DNA of 64,000 nucleotides from Candidatus Latescibacterota bacterium (GTDB lineage Bacteria; Latescibacterota; UBA2968; UBA8231): NCBI GenBank assembly GCA_965248265.1, contig CBDFJF010000001.1, positions 640,001 to 704,000 of the forward strand, read 5' to 3'. Shown piece by piece: positions 10,695 to 21,088 of this stretch (position 1 is its first letter; each line of letters starts with the position of its first letter). The notes under the pieces were generated by a model. It saw only the letters and a program-made list of their open reading frames with translations, ran no database searches and was not told where the DNA came from. The position numbers and the translations under genes were made by a program.

Positions 10695-11948
10695 GTGAAG
10701 ACACCACTGCTCACAGCGTTGGTGCTGGCATCCGCGTTGATCCTGCCTGGCAGCTCGACAGCGGCGAATGCAACGGACTACACGTTCGTACTGCTGGATC
10801 AAGCAATCTACCGCGGCGGAATGGCGCATGTGAATGCCGCCGGACAGGTTGCCCTCTCAACAATTGACCGAGAAAACAATCCCCAGGCGTGTCGGTGGTC
10901 AATCACTGAGAAAGAAGCTCTGTCTCTGGGGACCTTGGCGTCTCACGATCCGCGCTCACTCGCCAAAGCGATCAATGACCGTGGACACATAGTTGGGACT
11001 GTGCATGAGGAGGAAAACAACCTCGTCCATGCATTCTATTGGACTCCCACCAGCGGCATGCGGCGACTCCCTTCGTTTGGTGGATCCCAGACTGTACCAG
11101 TTGATATCAACGACCGGGATCAGGTCGTCGGCCAGTCAATAAATGCAGATGGCCTGGAGCGAGCTTTCCTGTGGACCGCCGATAACGGAATCAGAGACCT
11201 TGGCTCATTGGTGGAAGAAACCGAGAAGACGAGATCACTCACCAAACAGGACTCCGCCAACATCGGCACCGTGGCGACAGAACTGGGAGAGCCCGTTTTG
11301 AGTCCCGGCGGCAAGGTTTTTAAACAAGCGGTGATATCCTCCGTACTGAGAAGGCAGAGCGAGGCTGGGGCTGTGAACGAACAGGGTTGGGTGGTCGGCA
11401 CCTCGAGAGCCATCGATGGCCTTGATCATCCCTTTCTCTGGAAGCCGGAGACCGGGATGATCGATCTGGGAATACTGCCAGGCTATGTCGGAGGGGCGCC
11501 CACCGGTATCAACAACCGGGGACAAGTCCCCGTTGTCCTGTTCAAGCGCCAACCTTTCAAGCGTCGCTCCTGGTTCCTGGGATCCCCGTTCCTGTGGGCG
11601 GACGACGAAGGCCTCGAGCCATTGCCATCGCCGCCTGGTTTCAATGACATCCGGCCAATAGCGATCAACAACAGCGGCGACATTCTGCTCTGGGCACGGA
11701 AGATACCGGAAGGAGAGCCCACGAATAAATCGATCGAATTCACCGGCTTCCTCCTGTCTGGCGACGGATTGTCCGAGTTGCCACAGTTGGAGGGCGCAGA
11801 CCTCACTAAATATTCGGGCATCAACGACAGAGGACACCTTGTCGGGAGTGCTACGAACTGTGAGTTCGACACTGATGGTGAGGTTGTCAGCAGGTCCGCA
11901 AGAGTCTTCGTTGCGGTACCCACCGGCTCGCGTGCAAGCATCGAATGA
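10695..11948 (+). CDS. Secreted HAF-repeat protein
   Basis: Signal peptide; repeated INDRG.IVG...HAF.W....GM.DLG; GTG start after GGAGGA. Confidence 0.85.
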   Translation: MKTPLLTALVLASALILPGSSTAANATDYTFVLLDQAIYRGGMAHVNAAGQVALSTIDRENNPQACRWSITEKEALSLGTLASHDPRSLAKAINDRGHIVGTVHEEENNLVHAFYWTPTSGMRRLPSFGGSQTVPVDINDRDQVVGQSINADGLERAFLWTADNGIRDLGSLVEETEKTRSLTKQDSANIGTVATELGEPVLSPGGKVFKQAVISSVLRRQSEAGAVNEQGWVVGTSRAIDGLDHPFLWKPETGMIDLGILPGYVGGAPTGINNRGQVPVVLFKRQPFKRRSWFLGSPFLWADDEGLEPLPSPPGFNDIRPIAINNSGDILLWARKIPEGEPTNKSIEFTGFLLSGDGLSELPQLEGADLTKYSGINDRGHLVGSATNCEFDTDGEVVSRSARVFVAVPTGSRASIE

Positions 11949-11959
11949 TTTGGCTGTTC

Positions 11960-11990
11960 GTGCCCATCGTTTGCCCACTCCGATGGGCGG
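11960..11990. repeat. 31-bp two-arm site
   Basis: GTGCCCATCGTT-TGCCCAC-TCCGATGGGCGG. Confidence 0.85.
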
Positions 11991-12063
11991 ATTTGCTTGC
12001 GATCGTATGAGACTCTCACCGATCTTTCACACATAGATTGTTCATCTAAGCGAAGGAGATGTC

Positions 12064-12318
12064 ATGACTATGTATCGGCTATTTGACGACCTGCTGAGCG
12101 CAAGTGACGCCAAGATTGCAGATCTTTTGCACGAATCCACTGAAGAAGACTGCGTGCTCGCTCTTTCCGGAGCGTCCGCTGTGATGAGAGCCAGATTCCT
12201 TCAGCAGATGGCTCCGCCGCTCCGGACCCACATGGTTGAGCGCATTAACCAGAATATCGTGCCCAGTGACTCGAAGGCCGCTCAATCAAGAATATTGGAT
12301 ATAGCCCGGCAGCCCTGA
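12064..12318 (+). CDS. Stand-alone FliG C-terminal-like domain protein
   Basis: FDDLL..SD..I..LL.E....D..LAL.GAS...R..F...M...AAQ.RI..IAR resembles FliG_C; RBS AAGGAG. Confidence 0.7.
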   Translation: MTMYRLFDDLLSASDAKIADLLHESTEEDCVLALSGASAVMRARFLQQMAPPLRTHMVERINQNIVPSDSKAAQSRILDIARQP

Positions 12319-12332
12319 GTCGACCTGTACGG

Positions 12333-12363
12333 CCTGACCTCGTCCAGACAATCCGATGGTCGG
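12333..12363. repeat. 31-bp two-arm site (left arm degenerate)
   Basis: CCTGACCTCGTC-CAGACAA-TCCGATGGTCGG. Confidence 0.7.
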
Positions 12364-12446
12364 CTGGCCAAGCAACCGAGATGAGACAGCGACGTCAAAT
12401 AAGGTGGATTCCCACCTGACTCTGAATCCCTGGACAGCGCACGTAT

Positions 12447-12884
12447 ATGAAAATTCGCCTGGTCGATTTTCTTAGGGGCTTCTCCCGAACGCCACTGCGT
12501 GGTGGCATTCTGATGCTAGCCGTCACGATATGTCTGATTCTGGCGTTCGGTGGCACATTCGCCATTGCCATTTTCGGGCCCGAAGTCGCTCAGTCCGTAC
12601 TTAAGCCCTGGGTCGTCATTCTCTTGTTTGGCATCCTTGCCCCTGCTGTTTGGGCCAGAATCGCTGCAGCATTGCCGCCACAGTTCTCATTGCCACAGAT
12701 TTTGTTTGTCTTCTGCATCGGCGTCCTGCCGGTGCTGCTTGGAACGCTGTATCAGTACTATTTGCTGGCGACAGTTGGTCCGGAAGGATGTCACGGTGGG
12801 AACATCGCCGGGTTGTTTCTCGGTACTCTGGCTGTGATTGGCGCCGCTGGATCAATGGTGGTGGGATCAATTTTTCGTCGGTAG
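12447..12884 (+). CDS. Hypothetical membrane protein
   Basis: Four hydrophobic segments; only plausible gene between two repeat sites. Confidence 0.6.
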   Translation: MKIRLVDFLRGFSRTPLRGGILMLAVTICLILAFGGTFAIAIFGPEVAQSVLKPWVVILLFGILAPAVWARIAAALPPQFSLPQILFVFCIGVLPVLLGTLYQYYLLATVGPEGCHGGNIAGLFLGTLAVIGAAGSMVVGSIFRR

Positions 12885-12889
12885 CTCCG

Positions 12890-12920
12890 CCGCCCGTCGT
12901 TCAGGTAATGCGATGGGCGT
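12890..12920. repeat. 31-bp two-arm site
   Basis: CCGCCCGTCGTT-CAGGTAA-TGCGATGGGCGT. Confidence 0.85.
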
Positions 12921-13021
12921 TAGAGCATCAGAGCCTTCACTTCCTCTTGTGAGTATGTTCTGGCACAGACACGGAGGTGGATGCAAACGACTGCCAAAAC
13001 CGCTCCAAGGAGGACCGATCC

Positions 13022-13303
13022 GTGAATTACATACCTGTTGAACTCTGGCGCATCTTCATAGGTATTGGTGTTGTCGTCATGATTCGCGGATTCCTTTTCT
13101 TGCGAGAACCAACAGTGGGGTCGGCGGAGATCGCAGGCAGTCTCATCTGGGTTTTCATCGCTGCCATCACGTTCATGGTAGCCTACCGCGCGAAGAACGC
13201 TGGGAGTGAAGCGGAGCCTTTACGTTTCATAATCATGGTGTCCGCCGTGGCCGGTCTGAGTACGATAGCCACTGCGTTTTGGCTGTTGATGACGAAAGGG
13301 TGA
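13022..13303 (+). CDS. Small hypothetical membrane protein
   Basis: AGGAGG then GTG; three TM segments. Confidence 0.55.
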   Translation: MNYIPVELWRIFIGIGVVVMIRGFLFLREPTVGSAEIAGSLIWVFIAAITFMVAYRAKNAGSEAEPLRFIIMVSAVAGLSTIATAFWLLMTKG

Positions 13304-13405
13304 GCGTCCCGCTCCTCCGTTCCTTCCCGTCTCGCATACCATCGCCAGCCTGTCGCCCTTCGTTTCAGCGCCGGTTCAGCCTGGCGAGGTAGCGACCCTG
13401 GTGTA

Positions 13406-13436
13406 CCGGGCATCACCTTCACAATCCGCAGGGCGC
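13406..13436. repeat. 31-bp two-arm site (degenerate)
   Basis: CCGGGCATCACC-TTCACAA-TCCGCAGGGCGC. Confidence 0.6.
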
Positions 13437-13683
13437 TGGTACTGAGGACGGCGGCGCATGGCATATGCGGACGTCACGGAATACCCCGTATTACCCCGCT
13501 ATCTGGATGCAGGTGAAGATCCCTGGCCTGCTTGAGCGGGCCCATCAAGCAGGCTATCCTTCTCGGCAAGATCGCGATACGAGGAGTGATTCCCATGACG
13601 GCATCTGGCGCCAGCCCGCCTCGCGGGACCCACGGGAAGGATGATGCACACTTCCACATAATCGATATGTTGTGTCAGAAAAC

Positions 13684-14967
13684 ATGAGAACTGCCACAAT
13701 AGCCATCATCGGTGCGGGATCTAGAGGCACCACATACGCCGGCTACGCGCTTGCGCATCCTGAACTGGTCAAAGTCATCGCTGTAGCTGAACCGCGTGAT
13801 GCATGGCGTACACGCCTGATGAAGGCACACGGGATTGCCGAGTCGGAGGCCACAACCGACTGGCGCGACCTTTTGGATCGCCCGCGATGTGCGGATGCCG
13901 TCGTGATCGCAACCCAGGACGCCATGCACGTGGAACCGGCTGTGGCCGCGGCACATAAGGGGTACGCCATTCTGCTGGAGAAACCGATGGCCCCGAATGC
14001 AGATGATTGCCGCAAGATTGTCGCTGCTCTTGATGAGCATACGCCATTCGCGGTCTGTCATGTTCTCCGGTACACACGTCACACCCAGAAGATCAAGGAG
14101 TTGATCAATGCGGGCGTGATAGGAGATGTGGTGAATGTGCAATCCCTCGAGCCGGTAGGCTACTGGCACCAGGCGCATTCCTTTGTGCGCGGCAATTGGC
14201 GTTGCGAGGCGACATCGTCTCCCATGCTGCTCGCGAAGTGCTGCCATGATCTGGATTGGATTCAATACATCATGGGCAACAGATGCACTTCTATTCAGTC
14301 CTTTGGCACATTGAAGCACTTCCGGGGCGACCAAAAACCATCCGGAGCAACAGCCAGGTGCTTGGACTGCCCGCATGAATCTTCCTGCCCGTACTCGGCC
14401 AAAAAGATCTACCTCTCGCGCGGCGTGGCGCAAGGTCATCTGGGATGGCCTGTCAATGTTCTCGCTCCGGAGCCGAACGAAGCAAGCGTTCTAGAAGCAC
14501 TGCGCTCCGGACCTTACGGGAGGTGCGTGTATGACTGCGACAACGATGTCGTCGATAATCAAGTCGTCAACATGCTATTTGAGGGCGGAACGACCGCCAC
14601 CCTCACGATGACTGCGTTCACCGAATTCAGCGACCGCCAGACGCGCATCTTTGGAACACGAGGCCAGCTCGTCAGCGATGGCAAAGTGATTCGACATTTC
14701 GACTTCCTGACTGACAGATGGGAAGAGATTCAGACAGAATCGGGTGACCATTCGATCCTTGGCGGCCATGGCGGGGGAGACAACGCTCTCATGGAGGCGT
14801 TCACGAATGCCGTGCGCCACAATAACCGCAACCGGATCTTGTCCGGACCAGAGGAATCCCTGGAAACACACATGATGGTGTTTGCGGCGGAGCAGTCTCG
14901 CCGTGAGGGCCGGGTCGTCAAGATGGAGGAAATGCAAACACAACCAAGCCATGTAGGCGATGATTGA
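13684..14967 (+). CDS. Gfo/Idh/MocA family oxidoreductase
   Basis: IIGAGSRG, LLEKPMA, HSFVRGNWR, KCCHDLD, GHGGGD. Confidence 0.93.
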   Translation: MRTATIAIIGAGSRGTTYAGYALAHPELVKVIAVAEPRDAWRTRLMKAHGIAESEATTDWRDLLDRPRCADAVVIATQDAMHVEPAVAAAHKGYAILLEKPMAPNADDCRKIVAALDEHTPFAVCHVLRYTRHTQKIKELINAGVIGDVVNVQSLEPVGYWHQAHSFVRGNWRCEATSSPMLLAKCCHDLDWIQYIMGNRCTSIQSFGTLKHFRGDQKPSGATARCLDCPHESSCPYSAKKIYLSRGVAQGHLGWPVNVLAPEPNEASVLEALRSGPYGRCVYDCDNDVVDNQVVNMLFEGGTTATLTMTAFTEFSDRQTRIFGTRGQLVSDGKVIRHFDFLTDRWEEIQTESGDHSILGGHGGGDNALMEAFTNAVRHNNRNRILSGPEESLETHMMVFAAEQSRREGRVVKMEEMQTQPSHVGDD

Positions 14968-15013
14968 CACGGCGGCCCATGGAAACGCTGTCTCAAGATG
15001 CACGATTGCCCAT

Positions 15014-17058
15014 GTCGAGTAGCCGAGGCCCTGTCATGCGGCCCCGGCCCTCACCAGATCCCAGCGAGCAGATTTCCCGCACTGGGCTCCTCCATTGACA
15101 CGTCTCGCGGTTAGGAAAACCAGATCGATACAACGATCCGGGGTCTTGGGAGTGGATACTGCCGGAGCAACCCCCGGTAGTATCGCTCCCACGTCAGGCG
15201 CGATCGCTGGCTACGTCGATTCAACCACTTGTACCACGCAAACATCGCTGCGGTAGTGAGTTGGGTTACGCTGTTCCCATTCCCGCTGATACCGAAGTAG
15301 TTGATGTGGCCTTGGATGCGCCTTACGAGGTCGGCGTGCTGCTTTGGTATCGGCCAGTTCCGATGGCGACGGCACAGCCGATACAGGGCCTGCACAGACC
15401 GCTTGAGCCGATCACGCCGTGTCTTGCTCGTCAGCACCCATCGACCATTCGGGGCTCTCCGCCAAAACCACGTGAAACCCAGAAGGTCGAAGGTACCTGG
15501 CCCTTTACCCTTCGTCTGCTCCTGTGGTGGCCGCTCGAAAGGGATGAGCCGGGTCTTGTCTGGCTGCAGGGTTAGTCCGTATTTGTCCAGCCGCTTGCTC
15601 AGCACTGCCCTCACGCGCTCGGCATCCTCCGGCAGTTCGAAACCAATGATGAAATCATCGGCGTATCGGACCAACGTTGCTCTACGACGCAACCGTGGTC
15701 TGATCTCGACTTCAAACCACTCGTCGAGGACGTGGTGCAGGTAGAGGTTGCCAAGCAGTGGCGACAAACAGGAGCCCTGTGCGGTGCCTCGGTCCGGCGT
15801 AGAAAACTGTTCGCCATCCAGCACCCCAACGTGCAAGCACTTCCCCACGAGCCGGGTGATCGACCCATCGGGAATCCGCTCCCGGAGAAACTCCATCAGT
15901 TTGGATCGATCCAAACTGTCGAAGTAGGATGTAATATCCGCCTCCAGAATGACCTTCGCTTCCCCGTTCATCACCACCCGATTCAACACCCGCAGAGCGT
16001 CGTGGGCACTGCGTCCCGGACGGTAGCCGTATGAGCAATCCCGAAAGTCCTGCTCGTAGACCGCCGACAGCACCTCGCGTAACGCCTCCTGGACAATCTT
16101 GTCCTCGAAGCACGAGATGCCAATGGGACGAGTCTTCTTGCCTTTGCCGTCCTTGGGGATGTGGACTCTACGAATGGGCTGGTGGCGCCACCGCTTAGTG
16201 CGCAGTCGCCGGTGCAGATCCTGCAGATTCCTCTCCAGGTCCTGCCCATACTGCTCCTTGGTCACGCCATCTACCCCGACTGCAGCGCTCGGCTTTTGAT
16301 GGTCGAACGCCCTACGCAGAGCTTCCACGTCGATCAGGTGTGCCAGCGAGTGAAACTTGGCCTGCGGCTCTCGCCTCGCTCTCTCCGCTACCTCCAAAAG
16401 TCCCGGTGACATGGACCCCGAAGTCAATGCATCGGTCATGGTGCCCTCCTGAAGTTCGTGTCAACACGGACCGCCTTGGCTCCGCCGGGTCCAGCTGCCA
16501 ACCGTTCCCCGACTTCTCAGCTACTACACGGTCCTCCGACTCCCCATGCTCCATCGGTCGCCGCTCCGGTTCCCCTCGCAAACGACCTACCACGGTGCCC
16601 ACGCTTGTTCTTAATCGGCCACGCGTGCGTGTGCTGACGCGTGGCGCGTCGGAGACTTCTTCACCGGCTCTCCGTAGCACCGGAATCAATCCGTGGAGAG
16701 GCTGGGGCCTCCCAGGTTCCTGGGTCATCCTCTGCGAGCGTGCCCTGGTCGTATCACACCCCGCCGGGGTGTCGTCGCCTTGCCCACATAACGCCGACGA
16801 CACTGCTGCCTTCAGGTAATCCGGCACCCTCAGCTATCCCGGAACGGTCTCATTTCAGGGCCGCAATCCCACAGCCCGCTCGCTCACTGCCCTACTGCTT
16901 CGCCTGCCCCGTTACCGGGAACACACGCAAGGGCTCGTTTCTGGCCTGCCGGGCTCAGCTTTGGCCAGGCGGGTTTTGCACCCGCGGGACGACTAACCGT
17001 ATTTCAAGAAAGTATCACCTCCTTCTATTCCTACGGACCAGACTTGCCTGGTCGCATC
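15014..17058 (-). mobile_element. Group II intron copy 2 (apparently identical to copy 1)
   Basis: Same ends and identical ORF-track translations at a constant 7732-bp offset. Confidence 0.93.
15111..16439 (-). CDS. ltrA: Group II intron reverse transcriptase/maturase
   Basis: Identical translation to 7379-8707. Confidence 0.96.
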   Translation of the reverse strand: MTDALTSGSMSPGLLEVAERARREPQAKFHSLAHLIDVEALRRAFDHQKPSAAVGVDGVTKEQYGQDLERNLQDLHRRLRTKRWRHQPIRRVHIPKDGKGKKTRPIGISCFEDKIVQEALREVLSAVYEQDFRDCSYGYRPGRSAHDALRVLNRVVMNGEAKVILEADITSYFDSLDRSKLMEFLRERIPDGSITRLVGKCLHVGVLDGEQFSTPDRGTAQGSCLSPLLGNLYLHHVLDEWFEVEIRPRLRRRATLVRYADDFIIGFELPEDAERVRAVLSKRLDKYGLTLQPDKTRLIPFERPPQEQTKGKGPGTFDLLGFTWFWRRAPNGRWVLTSKTRRDRLKRSVQALYRLCRRHRNWPIPKQHADLVRRIQGHINYFGISGNGNSVTQLTTAAMFAWYKWLNRRSQRSRLTWERYYRGLLRQYPLPRPRIVVSIWFS

Positions 17059-17081
17059 CGGACACAGAGTCCGATGGTCGG
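17059..17081. repeat. 31-bp two-arm site interrupted by intron 2 (left part 15006-15013)
   Basis: Reconstructed TTGCCCAT|CGGA-CACAGAG-TCCGATGGTCGG. Confidence 0.85.
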
Positions 17082-17149
17082 TACCATTCCCTGATGTCCT
17101 CGCGTTCTCGCCGGCGAGCATGTTGGACTGCAATAACCCGGGTTGAGAC

Positions 17150-18355
17150 CTATTTCGTTTCCGCCAGTGCGTCTTCAAGCAACGACACCGGGTAGCACAG
17201 GTAGATCTCCAGATCCTGGCGTCCATCACACGACACTTTCATGACCAGGTGGATTACAGGTGTTCCTCCTGAGTGCGGCTCAATGAAACACGGCTCGGTC
17301 TCAAGCTCAATGTCAACGACGGTCATTTCGCGCACTGGCCGCCATGCTGCTTCCAGTGCCGAGATCATTTCCTTTGCCATGTTGGTGAAAGTCTGCCTCT
17401 CTTCTTGAGTCACCCGGTCCTCTGCAGGACCGAATACGGTCGATTCAATCCAGGACTCACCGAGGGGAGTAGCGAGCCAAGCCTGCGCCAGGGTGTTGAT
17501 GGCTTCGTCGTCAGCGTCTGGCTTCAGGAGTGCGGCACACAGGGGTAGAGAAAGGTCCAGACAGACGCGACCCTCCATCGGCTTCATAGTGAAACAGTAG
17601 TCGCAGCAGAACTTGCCCAGCGACTGAACGTAGTACCCGAACATCCACTCGTGGGCTTCACAGATCTCGACCTCCGCATCCCGTCCCAGCGCCTTGGAAA
17701 ACAGCACCTGCAGCCCTGGCAGTAAACCTTTGTGCAGCTTCTCGGCCGCCTGCAGGTTGCTCTGCACTTGATCGGCAAACTTCTGGTCCTTTGACGGGCG
17801 CTGATCCTGCATGGTCTGACGTGCCATATTGACGAACTCCTTCTTGAGCCGTTTTCTGGCGTTGTGGAGACGGTAGTTGACTGTGGAAACAGGTATTTCC
17901 AGGAAAGCAGCCACTTCCTTCTGTGAAAATTCGCTGATGTAGAAGAGATGAATCACCATGCGCTCCTGCTCTGGCAGCGACTGGAGCACGGCTTGCACAT
18001 GTTCCTTCGTGTCTCTCGATTCCAGAATCTCGCCCGGTCCCCTGTCCTTTGACCGCAGTTGCCCTGCCGCCTCTAGCGACACGAACTCCACGTGTTTCTT
18101 GCGTGTCAGCCGGTCGCAGAACTTGAAGACGATCTTGCGCAACCAGCCTGGAAACGCGTGCGGTCCGTACACACTGGAGAGGTTGAGGAAGGCCTCTGTG
18201 AATGCCTCCTGCGCGATGTCCTCGGCCAAGTGAGGATCCCTCAGGATGGCATTGGCGTAGCCCACGACCATATCCTGAAAGCGTCGGACGATCTCGCCGT
18301 ACGCCTCAACGTCTCCGTTCTGCGCTCTGATCAGGAGCGCCTCTAACTCTTCCAC
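17150..18355 (-). CDS. ECF sigma factor fused to a FliM middle-domain-like (CheC-like) module
   Basis: sigma2 AEDIAQEAF, sigma4 STVNYRLHNARKRL; C-term MKPMEGRVCLDL...LEAAWRPV...ETEP.F...YLCYP follows the FliM pattern. Confidence 0.85.
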   Translation of the reverse strand: MEELEALLIRAQNGDVEAYGEIVRRFQDMVVGYANAILRDPHLAEDIAQEAFTEAFLNLSSVYGPHAFPGWLRKIVFKFCDRLTRKKHVEFVSLEAAGQLRSKDRGPGEILESRDTKEHVQAVLQSLPEQERMVIHLFYISEFSQKEVAAFLEIPVSTVNYRLHNARKRLKKEFVNMARQTMQDQRPSKDQKFADQVQSNLQAAEKLHKGLLPGLQVLFSKALGRDAEVEICEAHEWMFGYYVQSLGKFCCDYCFTMKPMEGRVCLDLSLPLCAALLKPDADDEAINTLAQAWLATPLGESWIESTVFGPAEDRVTQEERQTFTNMAKEMISALEAAWRPVREMTVVDIELETEPCFIEPHSGGTPVIHLVMKVSCDGRQDLEIYLCYPVSLLEDALAETK

Positions 18356-18568
18356 AAGTTCCGTCTCTGCTGTTCAGAAGGCCTTCACAAGTAAAGAACC
18401 CAGTTTGGCGAGATTTCCTTAGGGATTTTCCCGGTATCAATGCCGAGCCAGCGCGATTTGCACATGACTAGTATTGTAAGTGATTTCACCTGAACAGCTT
18501 ACGCGGATTGCCACGGACGACGCTCGTTCAGCGTGGCATGGATAGGTATCCTCAATTTACGAGAGCGG

Positions 18569-18599
18569 AGAGCCGTCGTTGACAGAGTCCGATTACCGC
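18569..18599. repeat. 31-bp two-arm site
   Basis: AGAGCCGTCGTT-GACAGAG-TCCGATTACCGC. Confidence 0.8.
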
Positions 18600-18723
18600 C
18601 CCAAGCATCGGGCCTCAAAGTCTACGACATCGGTGTCCTCCGGTGCGTTTGTGCTACCGGCTCGTGCTGCGATGAACGTAGCCGGTGGGTTTGGCGCAAA
18701 TACCGCGAGAGATAGAGGCAGGG

Positions 18724-19595
18724 ATGTCCGTAGTCAGAGAATTCCGTAACGACGATCTCGAACAGCTCCAGCTCCTGATCAACTCACATGTGGACTGCCT
18801 CGTGCCCGGTTGGAGTCTACCGTTGGAGTACATCGCCAACCGGCTGGTCCGCAATCCCGATGAGTACATTACCGATCCTTTGGTCGTCGAGCGCACCACG
18901 TTGATCACCTTGGTCGAGGACCGCGTGTGCGCCGCCGCTCACCTCCTGAGAAGTGCTGAGGGTGGAGAGATTGAGTGGATTCTTGCGTGGCCCGAAAGCA
19001 AAGGTGCTGGCGCCGCCGTCCTCGACGCCGCGCATCAGCACATGGTTGATTGGGGCGTGGAACACAGCGGCATCGGATTGTCCCTGCCGATCCCGGTCTG
19101 CGGGGGTGTCCCCGATGTCTGGCCGCACATCGCCTCGCGCTCATCACAGACGCCGGATATACGCCCAAGCCGGGATCAGAGGAAGCGGTGTATGGTGGCA
19201 CCGTCACGTTGATTCCCGCCCCAGGTGACCCGCCGGTCGATGGCTTGAGCATCGTGCGCCACATGCGAACCTTTGGAACGCGATTCACCGCAGTGATCGA
19301 CGGGCAGGAGGTGGCCTGCAGCGAAGGGTACGCAGATCTGACCAAGGGGGGGCGATTGCCGAGTTTGTCCGGCTGGGCAGAGATCTCTGAAGTAAGGACC
19401 CAAGAGGCATGGCGACGACAGGGCATCGGCACGTGGGTGATGCAACACTTGGTTGACTGGTTGCGGCTAGGTGGATGCGATCGGTGTTTGTTTCCTGTCA
19501 GCAGTGACGATGAAGAGGAAGGTGCCGGTCCCTTTTATGAAAGCTTCGGATGGATGCCCTTCACGCGATCGATCAAGTGGTGGGAACGTACGTGA
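18724..19595 (+). pseudogene. Tandem GNAT acetyltransferase, frameshifted near 19135
   Basis: N-half to GVPDVWPHIA in one frame; ALITDAGY...WRRQGIG...FYESFGW in another. Confidence 0.7.
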
Positions 19596-19640
19596 GCCCG
19601 CAGAGCCGGGTCCGCTGACTCGGTGGCCGACGACGAACAC

Positions 19641-19671
19641 CAGTCCGTCACCGACAGCATCCGACGGGCAC
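19641..19671. repeat. 31-bp two-arm site
   Basis: CAGTCCGTCACC-GACAGCA-TCCGACGGGCAC. Confidence 0.7.
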
Positions 19672-19789
19672 GGCCCCCTTGTGACCATGTACGACGAGTG
19701 TCATTTTTCGGATTTCACGGACCAGTAGTTTGCCGAGACTTATGGGCGTGGGATTTCGATCCTGCGACGTATCCGGACTCGTTACAACA

Positions 19790-20572
19790 ATGAAAATCGC
19801 CCTGATGTCAGATGTACACGGTAACACGATTGCCTTGGACGCCGTGCTTACCGACATCCGCTCCATGGGTGGCGTTGACGCGCACTGGTTCGTCGGAGAC
19901 CACGTGGCCATAGGTGCTGATCCCAACGGTGTCCTTGAGCGCATCGGCAACTTGTCGAATGCCTTCTTCACTCGAGGCAACACGGACCGCTATGTCGTAA
20001 CTGGTGACCGACCTGGCCCGAGCTTGGCTGCAGTTGAGGACGACACAGATCTTCTACCGAAGCTCGTAGAAGTCTGTAATAGCTTCGCTTGGACTCAGGG
20101 AATGGTGACCGCTGGAGGTTGGCTCGAGTGGCTCTCTGCCCTTCCTCTCGACAAAGATGCAGTCCTGCCAGACGGGACCCGATTGCTAGCAGTACACGCC
20201 TCGCCTGGACGAGATGATGGGCGGGGCTACCATCCACGCTCCAGTACCGACGAGCTTGCAGAACTGTTTTCCGATATTGATTACGATCTGGTGTGCGTTG
20301 GCCATACGCACTCGGCAATAGAGATGGAGCTCAATGGAGTCACGCTGTTCAATCTGGGATCCATTAGCAATCCGCATGCAGCTGATCTGCGGGCAAGCTA
20401 TGCCATCTGTCACTCCGATGAGAGGGGATTCCGAATGGAGCGGCGGAAAGTCCGGTACGATCTGGATGCAGCCATCGACGCGGTCAGGAAGAGCTGTCAC
20501 CCAGCAGCTGACTACATCATTTCCCATTTCAAGGGCGAATTCAGCCCCACCTGGTCACAGTGGAAGCAATAG
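19790..20572 (+). CDS. Metallophosphoesterase family protein
   Basis: SDVHGN, GD, RGNTD, HASP, GHTH, NLGS. Confidence 0.92.
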   Translation: MKIALMSDVHGNTIALDAVLTDIRSMGGVDAHWFVGDHVAIGADPNGVLERIGNLSNAFFTRGNTDRYVVTGDRPGPSLAAVEDDTDLLPKLVEVCNSFAWTQGMVTAGGWLEWLSALPLDKDAVLPDGTRLLAVHASPGRDDGRGYHPRSSTDELAELFSDIDYDLVCVGHTHSAIEMELNGVTLFNLGSISNPHAADLRASYAICHSDERGFRMERRKVRYDLDAAIDAVRKSCHPAADYIISHFKGEFSPTWSQWKQ

Positions 20573-20662
20573 TTACAGGCGTCACGCCATACGTCCGTCG
20601 CTCCTATGTTGCCGGCCGACAGAACTATTCCACTGTAGGACTGCGACTGTAGGACTGCGACA

Positions 20663-21088
20663 ATGACCGACCGAAGAAAGGAAACACCCTGGCCGTTCGT
20701 GAAGGCGGGCGTGGCTGGGGTACTGCTTAGAGGTGACCGCATCCTGATGGTCCGGAGAAGATACGGAGCTAAGAGAGGAAGCTGGTGCATTCCTTGCGGA
20801 AACGTTGAGATGGGTGAGGATGTCAGAGATGCTGTCAGACGCGAGATTCATGAAGAGACTGGACTGGACGTAGCGGTCGGTGAGGTCGTCGATGTACTAT
20901 CGACACATCACTCACCAGAGAGGAGCGTTGTCGGAGTGTGGTTTCACGTCACAGAGCAAGGCGGAGACCTGGTTGCGGGAGACGATGCGGCCGAGGTCCG
21001 TCTTTTCCCTCTTGATGAACCACCAACAGAGATGGCATTCGAGGCAGATCTGCAGATAATTGAGCGACTCAGAAACTCCATCGAGTAA
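20663..21088 (+). CDS. NUDIX hydrolase
   Basis: GNVEMGEDVRDAVRREIHEETGL Nudix box. Confidence 0.92.
   Translation: MTDRRKETPWPFVKAGVAGVLLRGDRILMVRRRYGAKRGSWCIPCGNVEMGEDVRDAVRREIHEETGLDVAVGEVVDVLSTHHSPERSVVGVWFHVTEQGGDLVAGDDAAEVRLFPLDEPPTEMAFEADLQIIERLRNSIE

Noticed and set aside
20224-20232. Third GGGCTACCA match (also an inverted match near 62334-62342 and an 8/9 match near 59257)
   Set aside because: Inside intact coding sequence, with no att-arm homology or recombinase remnant; chance 9-mers.
20632-20659. 14-bp tandem duplication ACTGTAGGACTGCG x2
   Set aside because: Only two copies just before the NUDIX start; most likely a local slippage event.
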